DNA of 63,460 nt, counting the filler, from Guillardia theta CCMP2712 (lineage: Eukaryota; Protista; Cryptophyta): the NCBI RefSeq assembly GCF_000315625.1. It is 5 parts of 5 records of this genome, joined end to end, with 100 filler letters (N's around TTAATTAATTAA, not from the genome) between each part and the next. Parts side by side here need not be neighbours in the genome. Positions count along the whole stretch, not along the records: positions 21,459 to 46,280 come from NW_005434490.1; positions 46,381 to 57,318 come from NW_005434619.1; 3 more parts are not named here. The stretch is one strand, 5' to 3'. Position 1 is the stretch's first letter. Each line of letters starts with the position of its first letter. A program made the position numbers and the translations under genes. Positions 43,484 to 57,418 of this stretch are shown here, one piece after another. The notes under the pieces are model-generated. The model was not told the DNA's origin. It searched no databases and saw nothing but the letters and a program-made list of their open reading frames with translations.

Positions 43484-46280
43484 TCAGCTTGTCAAATCTG
43501 TTTTTCCTCTGACACGCTCCAGGCGCAGCACGTAAAATGCCGAATTGAGAGGCGCACGACGCTGCCGCTGCCGCTGTCCATGAGAAGAAGCAGAAGCATC
43601 TTGACGCGTGCGATGCTGTTCATATTGCTGAAGCAACTGACGGAGCGCCGGTGTTCGCGAGAGATGGGCAACAGGTTCCCAAGTGTCGTCGGCGGAGGAA
43701 AATCCCTTCCAACGAACCAGATATTGCTTCGCACCATTACGTTGACGATGATTGATGATGCGAGCCACTTCGTAGAATCCAGGTACAGGTTGGGAAACCA
43801 CAGGCTGCTGCAAATGATCGTTCCTGCGCACATGGGGGCGTAGGAACTTGGCATTAAAAACATCTTGATCCATGCGAGGGAAGCGCTGGCGAACATCAAC
43901 TCGATAATTGTTGTTGTTGCAAACCTCGGTGATAGGGAAAGGACCAATGTATCGATCTCGAAATTTGCGAATTTCAAACTGCTGATTGAATAAACGCGCG
44001 TCGATCCAGACCAAATCACCAACTTGCCATCGAAGCGGGCGGCGAGAAGGAAGTAGACGCGTCTCTGCTCGATTGGCGATCGAGGCCAAGGTATCTCGCA
44101 CAAGGTTTTCACCTGCACGTATGTTGTCGACAGTCGTGCGGGCTTGAGGAAGAACCTGATCAAGGGTCAAATCCATAACTGAGCGCGGATTCTTGCCGTA
44201 TTCCACTTGAAAGGCAGATAACCCTGTTTCACGACGGGGGGCATGATTGAGGGCAAACTCAATGAATGGAAGATGGACTGTCCATTCAGATGAACCCTGA
44301 GCGAGTTTAGTGCGGAGCATATCCAGAATGGTGGCATTGATCCGTTCAACGCGACCATTGGCCTGGGGATAGTACTTGGAAGAGTGGCGTACCTGAACAC
44401 CTAGCGTCTGAAATACTGTATCCCAAAAATGCGAGGAGACATTTGGCCCATTATCCGAAAGGATTGCAGCAGGAAGACCACGAGTGCGATAGAAGTATTG
44501 GAGAAATAAATCCACAAGTTCCTGGGTCGTAGCAGACTTGTGAGTTGGAGCCAGCGTGACATGTTGCGAGAACGAGTCCAACATGACGAAGAGAGAATCA
44601 TGACCTTGGGAGGTAGTCGGAAGTCCGCTGAGGAGATCGACGGAGATGACGTCAAATTTGTCAGCAGGAACGTCATGACTCTTGGGCAAACCGATGGGTT
44701 TCTGTTTGTAGTTCTTCGCAGCCTGGCAAATGAGGCAGGAATGCACGTAATTTTCGACATCACGCTTCATGTTATTCCAGTAGACTTTGGCAACAAGTGA
44801 GAGGTAGGTCTTGTCAGAACCAACATGTCCGGCATCATCGTGTGCAAGGCGTAGTACAGCCGCGCGGATAGCGGTAGGAACACAGATCCTCGTCCTGCCG
44901 GTAGAATCAACATAGTAGAGCAAGTCATCCGAAAATTCAAAATGACGACAACCCGGTTGGCCGAGCAATTCGCCGTCTTTGCCCAGTTGGTATAAAACCT
45001 GAAAGTCAGGACAGGTGGAGTAGTTTTGCATCAGTTGGGAGACGAACGAGGAATCCGTAAGCATCTGAACGGTATGAAGACCAACAAGAAGATCCCGAGC
45101 AATGTCTTCAGCGCGCATAGCGCGATCATGAGCCTGAGTCAGATCAGCGGGTGATTGGGGAGCGAACGATGGAGCAGGCGAGTCGCCTGAGATCCGACTG
45201 AGGGCATCAGCAACGACGTTAGTTTCGCCAGGGATGTGGTGGATCTCCATGTCGTACTGAAGGAAGGTAGACAACCAACGAGCCAGGCGGGGAGAGAGTT
45301 CAGACTGGGTGTTCAATCTGATCAAGCTGTGGTGATCGGTACATACACGAAAGCGACGACCAATCAAGTAGTAGGAAAAATGACGGAGACTTTCCTTGAG
45401 AGCAAGAAGCTCACGCTCATAGGTGGAGTAATTGCGTTCGGCGGAGGAGAGTTTCTTGCCATAAAATGCAACGGGATGTTCCTCGTTGTTTTCATCGATC
45501 TGATGAAGCGCGGCTCCAATGGCCAGGTCGCTAGCGTCTGTGTACAGGATGGTCAGCCGATCAGAACGGAAGTGAGCCAAGACTGGAGCCTGCGTAAGAG
45601 CTGTCTTGAGCGCGGCAAAAGCAGTCTCAGCAGACCGAGTCCACACGAAGCGACGTTGACTGGTTTTCAGCAGATCTGAGAGAGGTGCAGCATAGTTGGC
45701 AAAATTCTTGATGAAACGCCGATAAAAATTGGCGAGGCCTAAAAATTGGCGAAGTTGTTTCACAGATGCAGGAGGCGGAAAATCTTCGATGGCAGCAACT
45801 TTGCTAGCCTCGGGTGCAATCCCATGCGCATTCAAAGTATATCCGAGAAAACTGATCTGCGTCTGAAGAAACACACACTTGCTCCGTTTAACGAAGACCT
45901 GGTGGTGGCGGAGGCGCTCCAGTAGGAGACGCACCTGCTGTAGGTGTGAACGAGGATTACCCATGGAAAAGATTAAGAGATCATCGACGTAGACTAAGAC
46001 GTTGTTCATACCTGCGAGGATGCCCTGTGAGAACTTCTGGAAGGCAGCTGTGGCCGTTTTCAGACCAAAGGGCAGAGCGCGGAATTGGTAGGATCCTTGT
46101 TCAGTAACAAACCCAGTATATTGAGAGCTGTCAGAGTGAGAGCTAGCTGCCAGAATCCTGAGGCCATATCCAGCTTGCTGAAGTAGAGGGTATCCGTACT
46201 GGACACAGTACGCTGCGAGAGCACGCGCCCGATACGTTCCATGAGCTCGGTAGGGACGGGAGGCGGAAAACTGTCGTCGA
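43484..46280 (-). CDS. pol: Gypsy Pol (RT, RNase H, integrase, GPF motif, chromodomain), 1-nt frameshift near 46138
   Basis: FSKLDMASGFWQ / LPFGL / YVDDLLIFS; YTDASD, ERELLA; H-H-C-C; SDNG, NGRVER; YIGPF; YEVARII...YLVRWKGF...DTWEP. Confidence 0.95.
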
Positions 46281-46380
46281 NNNNNNNNNNNNNNNNNNNN
46301 NNNNNNNNNNNNNNNNNNNNNNNNTTAATTAATTAANNNNNNNNNNNNNNNNNNNNNNNNNNNNNNNNNNNNNNNNNNNN
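46281..46380. other. Artificial contig linker
   Basis: N44-TTAATTAATTAA-N44. Confidence 0.9.
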
Positions 46381-46524
46381 TCCCTCCCTCCCTCCCTCCC
46401 TCCCTCCCTCCCTCCCTCCCTCCCTACCACTTTCTCACATTATTCGCTGCCGCAGAGGTTGGAAGCTAAGGGAGGAAGCAGCCCGGCATAATGTTTTTCA
46501 TTGTACATAAACCAGCATGGGAAA

Positions 46525-47047
46525 TTATCCTCGTCCTCTCCGCAGCGACAGGTTTCTCCTCCTCCTAACACTCCTTTCCCCTTCCTCCTCCGCTGACTTC
46601 TCCTGCCGTTCTCTCTCCTGCTGATCGTCTTCAGCCCTCATGCGAGCTGATTCTTCCTTGACCCTCAACCTTATCTCCTCTCTGTTCTCCTCTTCCTCCT
46701 CCCTGCCCTCCGCCCCCTCCTCCTCCCTGCCCTTCTCTTCGATCTTCAGTTTCTTGCTCCCCCTTTCCACGTCCTCCTTCTCCTTCTCCTTCTCCTTCTC
46801 CTTCTCCTTCTCCTTCTCCTTCTCCACCACCCGGCAAACTCGCGCGTCAATGCCGCCATGCTGAAGGATGCGGAGCCATGCGAGCTGACGATGCATGAGA
46901 CGATCGTTGGGGCCCTTGACCTGCGGGTGCGTAAGAGGAGAGGAGGAGAAGTTCTGAAGTCTGAAAGAACTCAACATGCGGGAAATGATGATGATGATGA
47001 TGATGATGATGGTGATGGTGATGGTGATGGTGATGGTGATCATCATC

Positions 47048-47079
<32 letters not shown>

Positions 47080-49274
47080 GGTGATGATGATGATGATGAT
47101 GATGGAGGGGGGGGAGTAGAAAGAGGCGGAGAAGAAGAGGAAGAATCATCAAGATGAGGGATAGCGATAGAGACGGTAAGATTAGCTGGATGGAAAGTTC
47201 TTACCTCGACCAACATCGCCTCAAACTTGAACTCGAACTTTTGGAAGTCCAAATCTTCAGCCAGATCCCTCCCCTGCTTTTCCTCCTCCCTTCCTCCTTC
47301 CCCTCCCTTCCCCCCGTCATCTTCCCCTTCCTCAGCTCGCCCACCCCAGTTCCTTCCTCGCTTCCTCCTCCTCCTCCTTCCCCCCTCCTCCTCCTCCTCC
47401 TTCTCCACCTCCAGTCCTCTACCAGCTACTCCACCTCCTCCGACCAGCTCGTCGAGACACAAATCCTCCCACTCTCCTCCTCCTCCTCCTCCCTCTCCTC
47501 CTCGCTGCCGCCTCCTCCCCCGCAGCAGCACAAGGTCCGGCATCCCCCCGGAGAAGTGACGGTAGTTGATGCAGAGGGCGCGGCATATCGCGCTGATTCT
47601 CCTCCCTCCCAGGCACAGAGCGACGAGCTGGAGGAAGGAGAGGCTGCAGGAGCCCCAGCTCGCTCCTCTGCACAGCGTCCCGAAGCTCTGCTGCCAGCGT
47701 TCGCGCAGCTCCAGGAGCAGCTGCTGGTCGCTCCAGAGCTCGAGGTCTGCGATGCGAGCAAGGATCAACGCTTCCCTCCTCTTGTAGAAGAACGGATGGA
47801 AGTCCAGGTCGATGGGTGCGTCCTGGAAGGGAGTGAGGAAGGCATCCGGGACGTCGGAGGAAAAGATCACGTCCCAGAACAGGAGGGAGAAGAGGAAGCG
47901 GAGGGGAGAGCCTTCACAGTGTATCCCCTTCCACCGCCCTCTCTCCTCCTGCTCGTAATGCTGCATGGCCAGCTCCTCCACCCCGCAGAAGGAAGCGTGC
48001 GAGGGAGGATGCAAGACCCCTCCCCCATCCCACCCCTGGCTGAGCTCGAGCCCAGCAAACATGCTCTTCCTCCCCATGGTCTTGTTCCCGAGCCTCTTCG
48101 CACAGATCACATCCTCGGGGATTGGAGGCGGGGCCTCCTGCTGCTGCTCGTCGATGACCTGAGACAAGAGCACACTGAGATGCTCCTCCTCTTCCGGCTC
48201 AAGCTCTTCCTCTGCCGTGCCGTCAGTGAGGTCGGATGGGCAGGAGAGGAGGAGCAGGAGGATGGAGGAGCAGGGATACAAGAGGAGCAGGGTGGTGCAG
48301 GAGGAAAAGGAGAAAAAGGAGGAGGGAGAGAGAAAAAGGGAGAGAAGGAAGGAGAGGGAAGAAGGGAGAGAAGGAGGGCGACGACGACGACGAAGAGGAG
48401 GACGACGACGACGAGGAGGAGCAGCAGGAGAAAAGTTGTTCACCTGCACGGAAGCTGGATATATGCTTCACACATTCTTTGCCAGCAGCAAAATCCTCCT
48501 CGTCAGCATCTCCCGGGGAAGAAGGCGAATGCTCGCTGAGACAGGAGGAGGGTCAGAGCAAGGAGGCAGGAGGAGATAGTGCGGATGGACTTGCTCGACC
48601 TCTTGCTGCGCAGTTGTTTTTTCCTCTGTGTCTTGGGAGTCTTGTTGGCCGCCTTGACAAGCCTTTCCCTCCTCTGCTCGATGCTGGGATAAAGCTTCAG
48701 AGGCAGAGAGTTGCAAGCGAGGTAAGCAAAGGGATGGATGGAGAACGAAGAGGAGGACGAGGACGAGGAGGACGAGGAGGACGAGGAGAATGATGAGGAC
48801 GAGGAGGACGAGGAGGACGAGGAGGACGAGGACGAGGAGGACGAGGAGAATGATGAGGACGAAGATGACGAGGAGGACGAGGACGAGGAGGACGAGGAGG
48901 ACGAGGAGAATGATGAGGACGAGGAGGACGAGGACGAGGAGGACGAGGAGGACGAGGAGGACGAGGAGGACGAGGAGGACGAGGAGGACGAGGAGGACGA
49001 GGAGGACGAGGAGGACGAGGAGGACGAGAACGAAAAGGATGGAGGACGAAAATGGAGCGTGACATGGGGAGTTACAATCGAGGAGTAGCAAAGAGGAGCA
49101 TCGCAAGGAACAGACAGATCTCCTCACCAAAGTCGGTCGCCTCCTGCTACGGCAAAGTCTCTGATTGCCTCCTCGCACACCCTCATCGCACAATCAAGTT
49201 TACCAAGATGCTGCAAGGGGAATCAGAGGCCTCTCCTGCCGCATCCTCCACTTCTCCCCTGCCCCTCCTGTCCA

Positions 49275-49322
<48 letters not shown>

Positions 49323-51826
49323 TCCTGTTCCTGTTCCTGCTCCTGCCCCTGCCCCTGCCCCTGCCCCTGCCTCCTCCTCCTGCTGCTCCTGCTGCTCCTG
49401 CCTCCTCCTCCTTCTATTTCTCCAGCCCCTCTTGCTCCCTCCTCCTCCTTTTGCTCTCATTGCCCACCTGCAGGTCCAGCGCAAGGCGGTTGTAGATCCT
49501 CCCCCTCCTGCATGCGAGTAAAGGAAAGCAAAGACTCGCTGGACCCACCTGTGATGGAGGAAGGGAGAGGAGACGATCAGCTCCAGGAGCCCGACACTCT
49601 CCTCGTATCTTCTTGCTCGCTCCAGAAGGTCAACACCAACCCTGAGGGCAGGAGAGAATCGATGAGACTACGAGGAGGGAAGAGCAGGGGCGGGGAGACG
49701 AGATGGAGGAGTGGAGAGGGAGAGCTCAAAGAATGAGGCAAGGAGGAGGACGAGGAGGACGAGGACGAGGGAGAGGACGAGGACGAGGTGGTGGTAGTGG
49801 TGATGGTGGTGGTGAAGGACGAGGACGAGGAGGATGAGGACGAGGACGAGGATGATGAGGACGACAAGGGCGAGGGGAAGGAGGATCAGAACGAGTCTCT
49901 CACCAGCTGGTCTGGCTCAGGTGCCAACCGGCATCAAACTGCAGCAGGTACGACCTCACGTCCTCGTCCTCCGTCTCCTCTTGCCACTGCCGCTCGTCGC
50001 ATCGACAGCGAGCGGTACAGTCGACGTGGCTGACATTCAGGAATCGAAACTTCCCCGATGTCTTCAGGTAGCCTGACAGGATCCGCCCTGCCCTCTCCGC
50101 GATCTCGATCACCATCTCCTTACAATCCAGAGCAGCAGGCTGACCCTTCCGTTCCTCTTCCTCCACATCATCCTCCTCCTTCCTCCCAAAGGCTCGCTGC
50201 GCCTGTTTGATTGCATCCCTGCAGGCCAGCAGGAGCGGATGTTCCCTGTCTCCCTCCGCTCCCTCCCACGTCGAGGAGGAGCAGGGGACGACGATCGTCT
50301 CGTCACTAGTCAGGTCGATGAGCTCTGTTTGCCTCTGGCTGCGAGCTCTGCCTCCCCTGCCTCCTTCACTCGGGCTCGACTCCAGCTGATCTATGAAGAG
50401 CGTGTCATAACAACATGACAGCATTGCAACAATGCAGAATGACAACACTGCATTCCTTCTCTTCAGACTTCATCAGTCGCTATAGTTCCATCATGTCTCA
50501 AGATCAGGTCCCATCTCTCTTCATCGTGATTCCTCTACACAATCATGTCTGAACCACCAACTCATCTAAACAGAACATCTTTTTTCACGCAGAACATCTT
50601 TTCTTTCACACAGACCATCTTTTCCTTCACCTGGATTCATGATCAAATTCTCCGCCATCGTTCGTAGCTCGACCGCTGCCTCCCACTGACACCAACGTGT
50701 CAGCACCCGCCCTCTTGATCACGACCATCCCGGTCGCGTCATGCCTGCAGGAACTCTTGTCTTGTTCGGAATATACGGCAAGTCGACGAACACTTGTAGT
50801 CTGGAGCAACACAACATGAGAGGGTTTCAACGGGAAACAGCAGGGCGTACCGGCATATTTCATCTTTCCAAACTCAGTCAGGACGGCAGGGTTCAAAACC
50901 GGCCGGTTGTAGGATGTGTAGTGCTCGACAGAGAAGATCGACGTGATATGCATGAGCCGCAGAATCCTTTTGAAAAGCTTGACAGGGCCGTTCTCTAGTC
51001 GCACGAACAGTATCCGAGGTTTGGAGTTTGACACATCGCCGCCTTCGTGGACACTTGTCGGAATCAACATCCTCTCGAGCTCCATCCAGACTGGTGAGTT
51101 GGACGGCAGACTATCATCGTCCTTCTCTTTCCTCTTGGACCAGAAATCAAGAATGGTCTTCTGTCCCATGATGGCCTGATGAAACCCTGACTGTCAACAA
51201 ACATATGCTTCGAAACTAGCCGAACCTTCTCCAAGCTCATCAGGGCTTCTCCTTTCGTCAGCGAGTTCGTCTGTTGGAGGATTCGACAACGTCAGAGCAG
51301 CATGACATTGGCACGAGGGCAAGAGGCGGTCGCAGCACCTGTCCTCTTGTAAGCTTCTGCAGCATCTGCTTCACTTCAGGGAGCTTCAAACAAGTCCGCA
51401 TCGCTTCAACCATCTGGGGGGATCTGACTCAACTCGCTGCCAACAAGCTTCCTCACGTACCTTAGCTTTCTCGCACGAAGCCCTTGATCCAACATAGGAG
51501 ACGAAGCCAAACTGCTCCAATGCTCGGATGGCCCGCTCAGTCCTGACCCACTTCTCCTTGTCATCGAGCTCCTCTGCCCTATCGCAAAGAAGCTCCGGGT
51601 AGTGCATGATGGATTCAAGTCGAAACCATGGGCCTTTCCGTTGGAACATCCGCGTGTACACCCCTCTCGCTTGCATGCTCATACTGTATGTTCCATTGCC
51701 CCGCAAGAACTGTTCGCAAAGAGTTTTCTCGTGGTGGTCGAAGAGGTCTGAATACTCCTGCTTCCCATCATCAACCGTGGAAAGTGCCTTCTGAAAGTTT
51801 CTGAGGTAAATCGTCTCCTCCTCCAT
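46525..51826 (-). CDS. FAN1: Fanconi-associated nuclease 1 (VRR-NUC), multi-exon
   Basis: YLRNF...VYTRMFQRKGPWFR; GVEELAMQHY; GIHCEGS...LFSLLFWDVIF; FQDAPIDL; GGMPDL; LVEV/KGPNDRLMHRQLAWL. Confidence 0.93.
48745..49030. repeat. (GAG/GAC)n compound microsatellite in a FAN1 intron
   Basis: Read directly. Confidence 0.9.
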
Positions 51827-52129
51827 CTTCACTGAGACCTGAGCTGGCGACGTAACGGCGCTGAACGCGCTGGCCAACCAGCACAGGCAAAACGACAGGA
51901 CGACCCTGGGATCGAGAATCGTGCTCCTCCAAAGCCTGAGATCCAGGAGATTCACATGTAGAGGGAACTTCTCAACTTGTGCTAGGAGGTAGAGAAAGAC
52001 AGGACAGCAACCTCGGCCTGCCTCAGGTCCGCATGCCCTTCACCGTTTCCTGCTTCCCGCCATTAAAACCACACACCCTTCCCTCCGATTTATTTTTCTT
52101 TTTTTTATCGGAGTTTTACAGTGTGTCGG

Positions 52130-52960
52130 ACCGCCGGGTCACACACCGTACGGTAGCCCGGCGCCCGGCCCGGGGCCCGCCCCGGCGGCCCGCCGGCCCT
52201 GCAGGGAAGGACACTGAGAAACTGAGGCCCCGGGGCCGGCCTCGAGCTGACTCTCAGCGGCCGTCTTTACTCAAAGTTAAGTTAAAAATCAGTACGAGGA
52301 CAATGATCCTTTACTCGAGCGTCGAAGAGGCTTGACCCTGACACTGTCGCACAGGCCAAACGGCGAGAAGAGAAAAGACAGCGAGAACCAAACCCAATCC
52401 TGCCGACTGCTGCCCCCCAAACTTAACTGATACCTTCACTTAACTGCGCGCAGGACAAGTCAGATCCCCCGCGCGGCCATGCCAGCCGCCGCGGCGATCA
52501 TGATCGCCCGGCCGCCGGCCCGGGCCGGGATGTCGCGGTCACCGTGGCCGCTGCCGAAGGAAATGAGACCGTACGCATACCGGGATGCAACGGGCCCGCG
52601 GCGATGATGGCAGCGTAGGACTGAGGGAGGCCTTGAGCTGACGAAAGATCCTGGACCGGACATGATGCGTTTGGCGCAAGTCGGATCACCTGAGACGTCT
52701 TGCGAGGCACTGCGGCAGAGAGACCATCCAGCGCTGCGGCGTTCCCAGGCTTGTTCGCCAACAAACAGCGATCAGGCCGGGAGCCTGATAATCCTACCGT
52801 CAACTGCTGTCCCCCAACCCGGCGGCAGTGACCGGCAAGTTGAGTAAACGATTGAAACTGAACTCGAGTGACTCAGCCGCTAAAGTCCGTTCCGACAGTC
52901 GGGGCCCCGCGGGCCCGCGTGACTGCCACGGTCGGGCAACGGGAGGGTCACAGCGGTAGT
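52130..52960. promoter_or_regulatory. GC/CpG-rich island between divergent FAN1 and PH-domain genes
   Basis: Composition and position. Confidence 0.4.
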
Positions 52961-53936
52961 ACCGTGATACTACTGTGAGTGATGAGTGAAAATAAAAAGA
53001 GTTATAGCCACTAAAGGCCTCTTAGAGGTACCGGTGATGGTGACTGCAGGTGAACATTCTACCCCTGGTTGTTACAGATTCAGAGGGGGTAGGGGTTAAG
53101 TATTTGATACCAGTCAGACTCCCTGGACTTTTTATAGGGGTCACTACTCAGCCAGGGTGTTTTTTGAGGTCTTACCACACAGCCTCATGGTGAAAGGGGT
53201 GGGTAAAAAGAGTCCAACAGAGGGGTGGCAGATGATTGGAGGCCAGTCACTCCAGTTATCTTTTCGTCCGAATTGGTGGGTGGGTGGGTACTACCGGTAG
53301 GTTACAGGAGAAAGGTTGGTGGGGTTGAAAGGCCTTTTGCTGTACAGACCAGGGGTGGGGGTTACGACCGGGGGCTGGAAGGATCGGGGGAGATACCAGC
53401 GGCTTTCAATTTTTTTCAGTCTTGTGTGTTTTTTTTCGCATTTTTTTAAGGAGATGTGAGTACTGATAGGGTTGTGAGAGGTTTGTCAAGAGTTTTGCGA
53501 AGAGTTCGATGCCTCTGATAGATGATACCAAGTGTTTGAAATGATTTCACCCATGAAGAAGTTTGTTGTGTAGGGGAGTAGTTGAATCATGTAGTTTGTG
53601 GATCAAGTCGGTCAATTATAGATGCTATTCGCCGAGTCAGAGCAGAAGAGAATCAACCTCATATTTTTGAAAAAGTAGCTGAGAGATAACTGAAGATGGT
53701 GATGGTTGCGCAGGAACAAGCAAGGTTAAGCATTAGAAAGTGAAGAATGATCGCTTGCCTCTCCGGTGATGAGTTGAGTGATGCAGCTGTGCAGCAAGAC
53801 AGATCTTCGAAGAAATAGCTTCCTTGTTGCCGCTGCTAGGTTCACTATGCTGATATGCTTGTCATGGAGGAGTGGCTTGCTTGATCGTGGAGATGATTCT
53901 GTTTGTGCTCGAACCGATTGATGGTTTGTTTGCAGG

Positions 53937-55390
53937 ATGGAATTCCGTAGAGAGAGGTCTGTGTCGCTGGATCCTATGGCTCTGAACAAGCTCTTCGCCT
54001 TCAGAGCCAGTCTGCCAGACACCTCCACCTTGCTGGAGGACAGCAAACAGAGGGAGGCAGCCAGGAAGCCGATTCTACGGGGAAAGGAGAGGGCCTTGTT
54101 TCAGAACGCTCAGAGCAGGCTGGAGAGTGCAGGATGGGATACAAAGATGCTGGAGGGTCTGGGGCTGGTGGACAAGGAGACCATCAAGAACTTAGCGCGG
54201 TCCTTCGAGAAAGATGAAGCGAGACCAAGGAAGACGTGGAGCCTGGGCCCAGTGACCCCCGTGAAGCCTTGCATTGTAGATGACACGATGATCCGCGAGG
54301 AGACGATCAAAGATGATCTTAGCCTGAGGTTCAACGAGCACGGCATGCGAGATATGGAGGAGAACATTGCAAGGGAGTACATGGATACCAACATCTCAGA
54401 CGTCTTCCACAAGGAGGACCACGACGTCGATGCTTTCAAGGACCAGAAGAAGTCGAGATGGAGTATGATCCAGTCGCTAGCAGGGAAACTTGGAAGCTTC
54501 TCTCGCAAATCAGCAGGAGATTCATCGTCTTCGAGAACCGACGATGTGAAACAAATCTTGAAACCGAACAGAACCGCCAAGAACAGGATCCTTGCCACCA
54601 TCAAAGGACTTCAAACGAACCAATCCGTGATGAAGGGACTACTCAAGATGAGTGTCGACTCTCCATCTCACAAGGCACAAGATGTAACATGGGAAAGCTA
54701 GTGATGATCTCTGTGCTGATTGTTTGTCTTTTGCAAAGGTGCTGTGCGAAATCTCCGAGAAGAGAGTTCATATATCTGGGGGAGTCGATTTTTCCCGGTT
54801 GCTCCTTGAGAAGCCGCTGAATCAGATGAAGTTGGAGCTGAACAAAGATCCGAAGACTTTCATCATCAACATCGACAAGACAAACGACAGTGCTCCGACA
54901 AGCGGCTCAAGCAAACACCTTGTTAAGCAGCAGAAATATTTCTTTGTTGCAAACAGTGAGCAAGACGCAAAACTTTGGATTTCAAGGTTGATCACTCTTT
55001 TTACTCCTGCCATTGATCCGCATCGTTGCAGATTCTCTAAGAATTCGGAGCTGAGTCCTGGTCTTATGAAGAGGCAAGACATCATCGATTGTTATCATTA
55101 ATGTGACATCTTGGCAGAAAATCAATCTCCCGCAGATAGGCAAACCTTAGACATGCGCATCAAGCTGGGGAGACACGTTTACAGACTTCAAGCACCAGTG
55201 ACAGCAAGATCACTGTTTACTATTGGAATCATCTGTCATCTCCACTTACGCTTGTTCACATACCAATGCCGACTTCTCTTGCTAGGACTACTCTCATTCT
55301 TGCTTTTTTACTGTTGATTTGTGTATGATTTGATGTCAATACTTTCGTTTTATTAGAAGCAGAGAAATGATCTCTACCAACGTTCCATAA
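53937..55390 (+). CDS. PH-domain-containing protein, multi-exon
   Basis: TFIINI...KYFFVANSEQDAKLWISRL is a typical PH C-terminus; ends approximate. Confidence 0.55.
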
Positions 55391-55450
55391 GACATGAAAC
55401 CTTCAAAGAGATACCTATAGTGTTGTTGTCCGCCTCGATCTTGAACGCTT

Positions 55451-57106
55451 CTAGTCCAACCCGCCAATGGCCCTCTCAAGCACGAGACGATTCTTGGTGT
55501 AATGATACCTATGCACAGTTAGGGAGAGAAGCAAGAATTCACATGCCTCACTCGGCCTGATCGTCGGAGTATCGAAACCTGACGTCGAAGAGAGTCAGGC
55601 ACTTTGATTTCAACCAAGTCACTCTGATCATCATCACACTCACTCTTGTCCAAGTTTGACAGTCTCCCTCACTCGTAACCAGTGCCTGATGAGTATCGTC
55701 ATCGTCATCTTCACCTTCATCTCCATCATCATCGTCATCTCCATCGTCATCTCCATCGTCATCTCCATCATCATCACCAGCACCATCCTCCTCCTCCTCC
55801 TCCTCCTCCTCGTTTCCGTGTCACAACCTCCATGACGCGCTGGTTTCATCTTTCGACTCGCCATGCAGCTCTTCGCGCAGCTTCGTCTGATCTGACATGC
55901 TGAGAGCACTCTGTACATGTACGTCAACGGGAGCTCCTGAATCAGAGCACCTGCACGCACATCGATCGCTTCCTTGGCTGCGGCGAGCTCCTCCATGCTC
56001 ACAGGGCACGGGAGTGGAGGAGGAGGAGCAGCCGGCAAGTCATCGAACTCTGACTCAACCCCCTCCAGCAGCACAACCTGGCTCGTCCTGCATCAGCACG
56101 TTTCTGCTCAGCAGCAGGGCATCACTGCTCTCCATGCGATCCAGCTGCCGTAGGAGGGATGAACGCTGAGGTGACTTGTGTGGTCGAGATACGCTGCTTT
56201 GCACAACTGTTGCCAGCAGGAAGCTTCAGCATCAATGTTCTCTCCTCCATCTATCTATCGATCCTCCCTTCCTCTCCTACCCTATTGCTGTCTCCCTCCC
56301 TCTGCGCTTCTCCCCCTCCCTCCCTCCCTCCCTTCTGCTCTCCTTTTCTCCTTCTCGCTCTCGCTCTTCGCTCCTGTCGCTCGTTCCTCCTCCTCCTCCT
56401 CCTCTATCCTCAGCTACAACTCTTGCCTTCTCCTTCCTTACCTCTGCGATTCTCTGCATCGCAACCAGGCGATCCCCGTAGTCGCATGACCAGAACAACT
56501 CCTGCTGCCAAGAGGATAAAGACAAAGGCCAGGGGATGGTGATGGTGGTGATGATGGTGGTTATTGAAGAGGAGAGGAGGAGGAGAACCTTGCGGTCGTG
56601 ATAAACTTCTTCGACGGCATCCTTCACTCGACTCTGAGTGTAAGTATCCAGGGGGTCCTTGTTTGCTCGCAACTCGGCGTCCTCCTTCAGCGCTCGGACG
56701 AAGCTGGTCCACAAGCTCTTGGAGTTGCCGATGAGGATGCCGACCTTGTAGCCCTCACCGAAAGAAGACAGCCTCCTGACCTGAAGAGAAGGACCAGCGC
56801 GTCAGGAGCTCGCGGATCACGGGGGAATGGGGGTAGACGTAGCTCGAGAGAGGAGGCAGAGAGTGAAAGAGGCGGGCGAGGGTGAGGAAGATGAGGGGGA
56901 GAGGGAGGAGGAGGGAGGAAAGAAGGAAGGGATACTGAGAAGGAAGTACATAGGATGGGTACAGGAGAAGGAGGAAGATGAGGTTTGAGACGTACTGGAA
57001 GGTTCTCTTTCTCCACCAGGTCATCGTACCACCGCACTCGGAAGGCATGCAGCAGGTCCAGCCCTTGCGCTTTCAGCAGCCGCTCCAGCTGAGCGAGTCT
57101 CGACAT
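55451..57106 (-). CDS. MMACHC: MMACHC/CblC-like cobalamin-processing protein, multi-exon
   Basis: GLDLLHAFRVRWYD; LIGNSKSLW..F; DPLDTY; LVAMQRIA; LSVHPSYGSWIAWRAV; RYSDDQ..YHYT. Confidence 0.8.
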
Positions 57107-57318
57107 CTCTTGTATCACTAGCAGCGAGGTAGAGAGGAGGCGGGGGTGGCTGGCAGAGTGAAGGGAGGAGGGAGGGAGGGAGGGAGGGAGGGAGGGAGGG
57201 AGGGAGGGGAGGGGAGGGGAGGGGAGGGGAACGAGGTAGGGGTGGAGGCCGGTGGCGAAGGGAAAAGGAGTTTCGGGGGGGAGGAGGGTCGTTGGTGGGG
57301 TGGCCGAGGGAGGGGGTA

Positions 57319-57418
57319 NNNNNNNNNNNNNNNNNNNNNNNNNNNNNNNNNNNNNNNNNNNNTTAATTAATTAANNNNNNNNNNNNNNNNNNNNNNNNNN
57401 NNNNNNNNNNNNNNNNNN
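57319..57418. other. Artificial contig linker
   Basis: N44-TTAATTAATTAA-N44. Confidence 0.9.

Larger units (their letters stand above)
42796..46280 (-). mobile_element. Ty3/Gypsy chromovirus-type LTR retrotransposon, 5' part lost at contig end
   Basis: RT-RNase H-integrase-chromodomain order, PPT and LTR. Confidence 0.95.
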
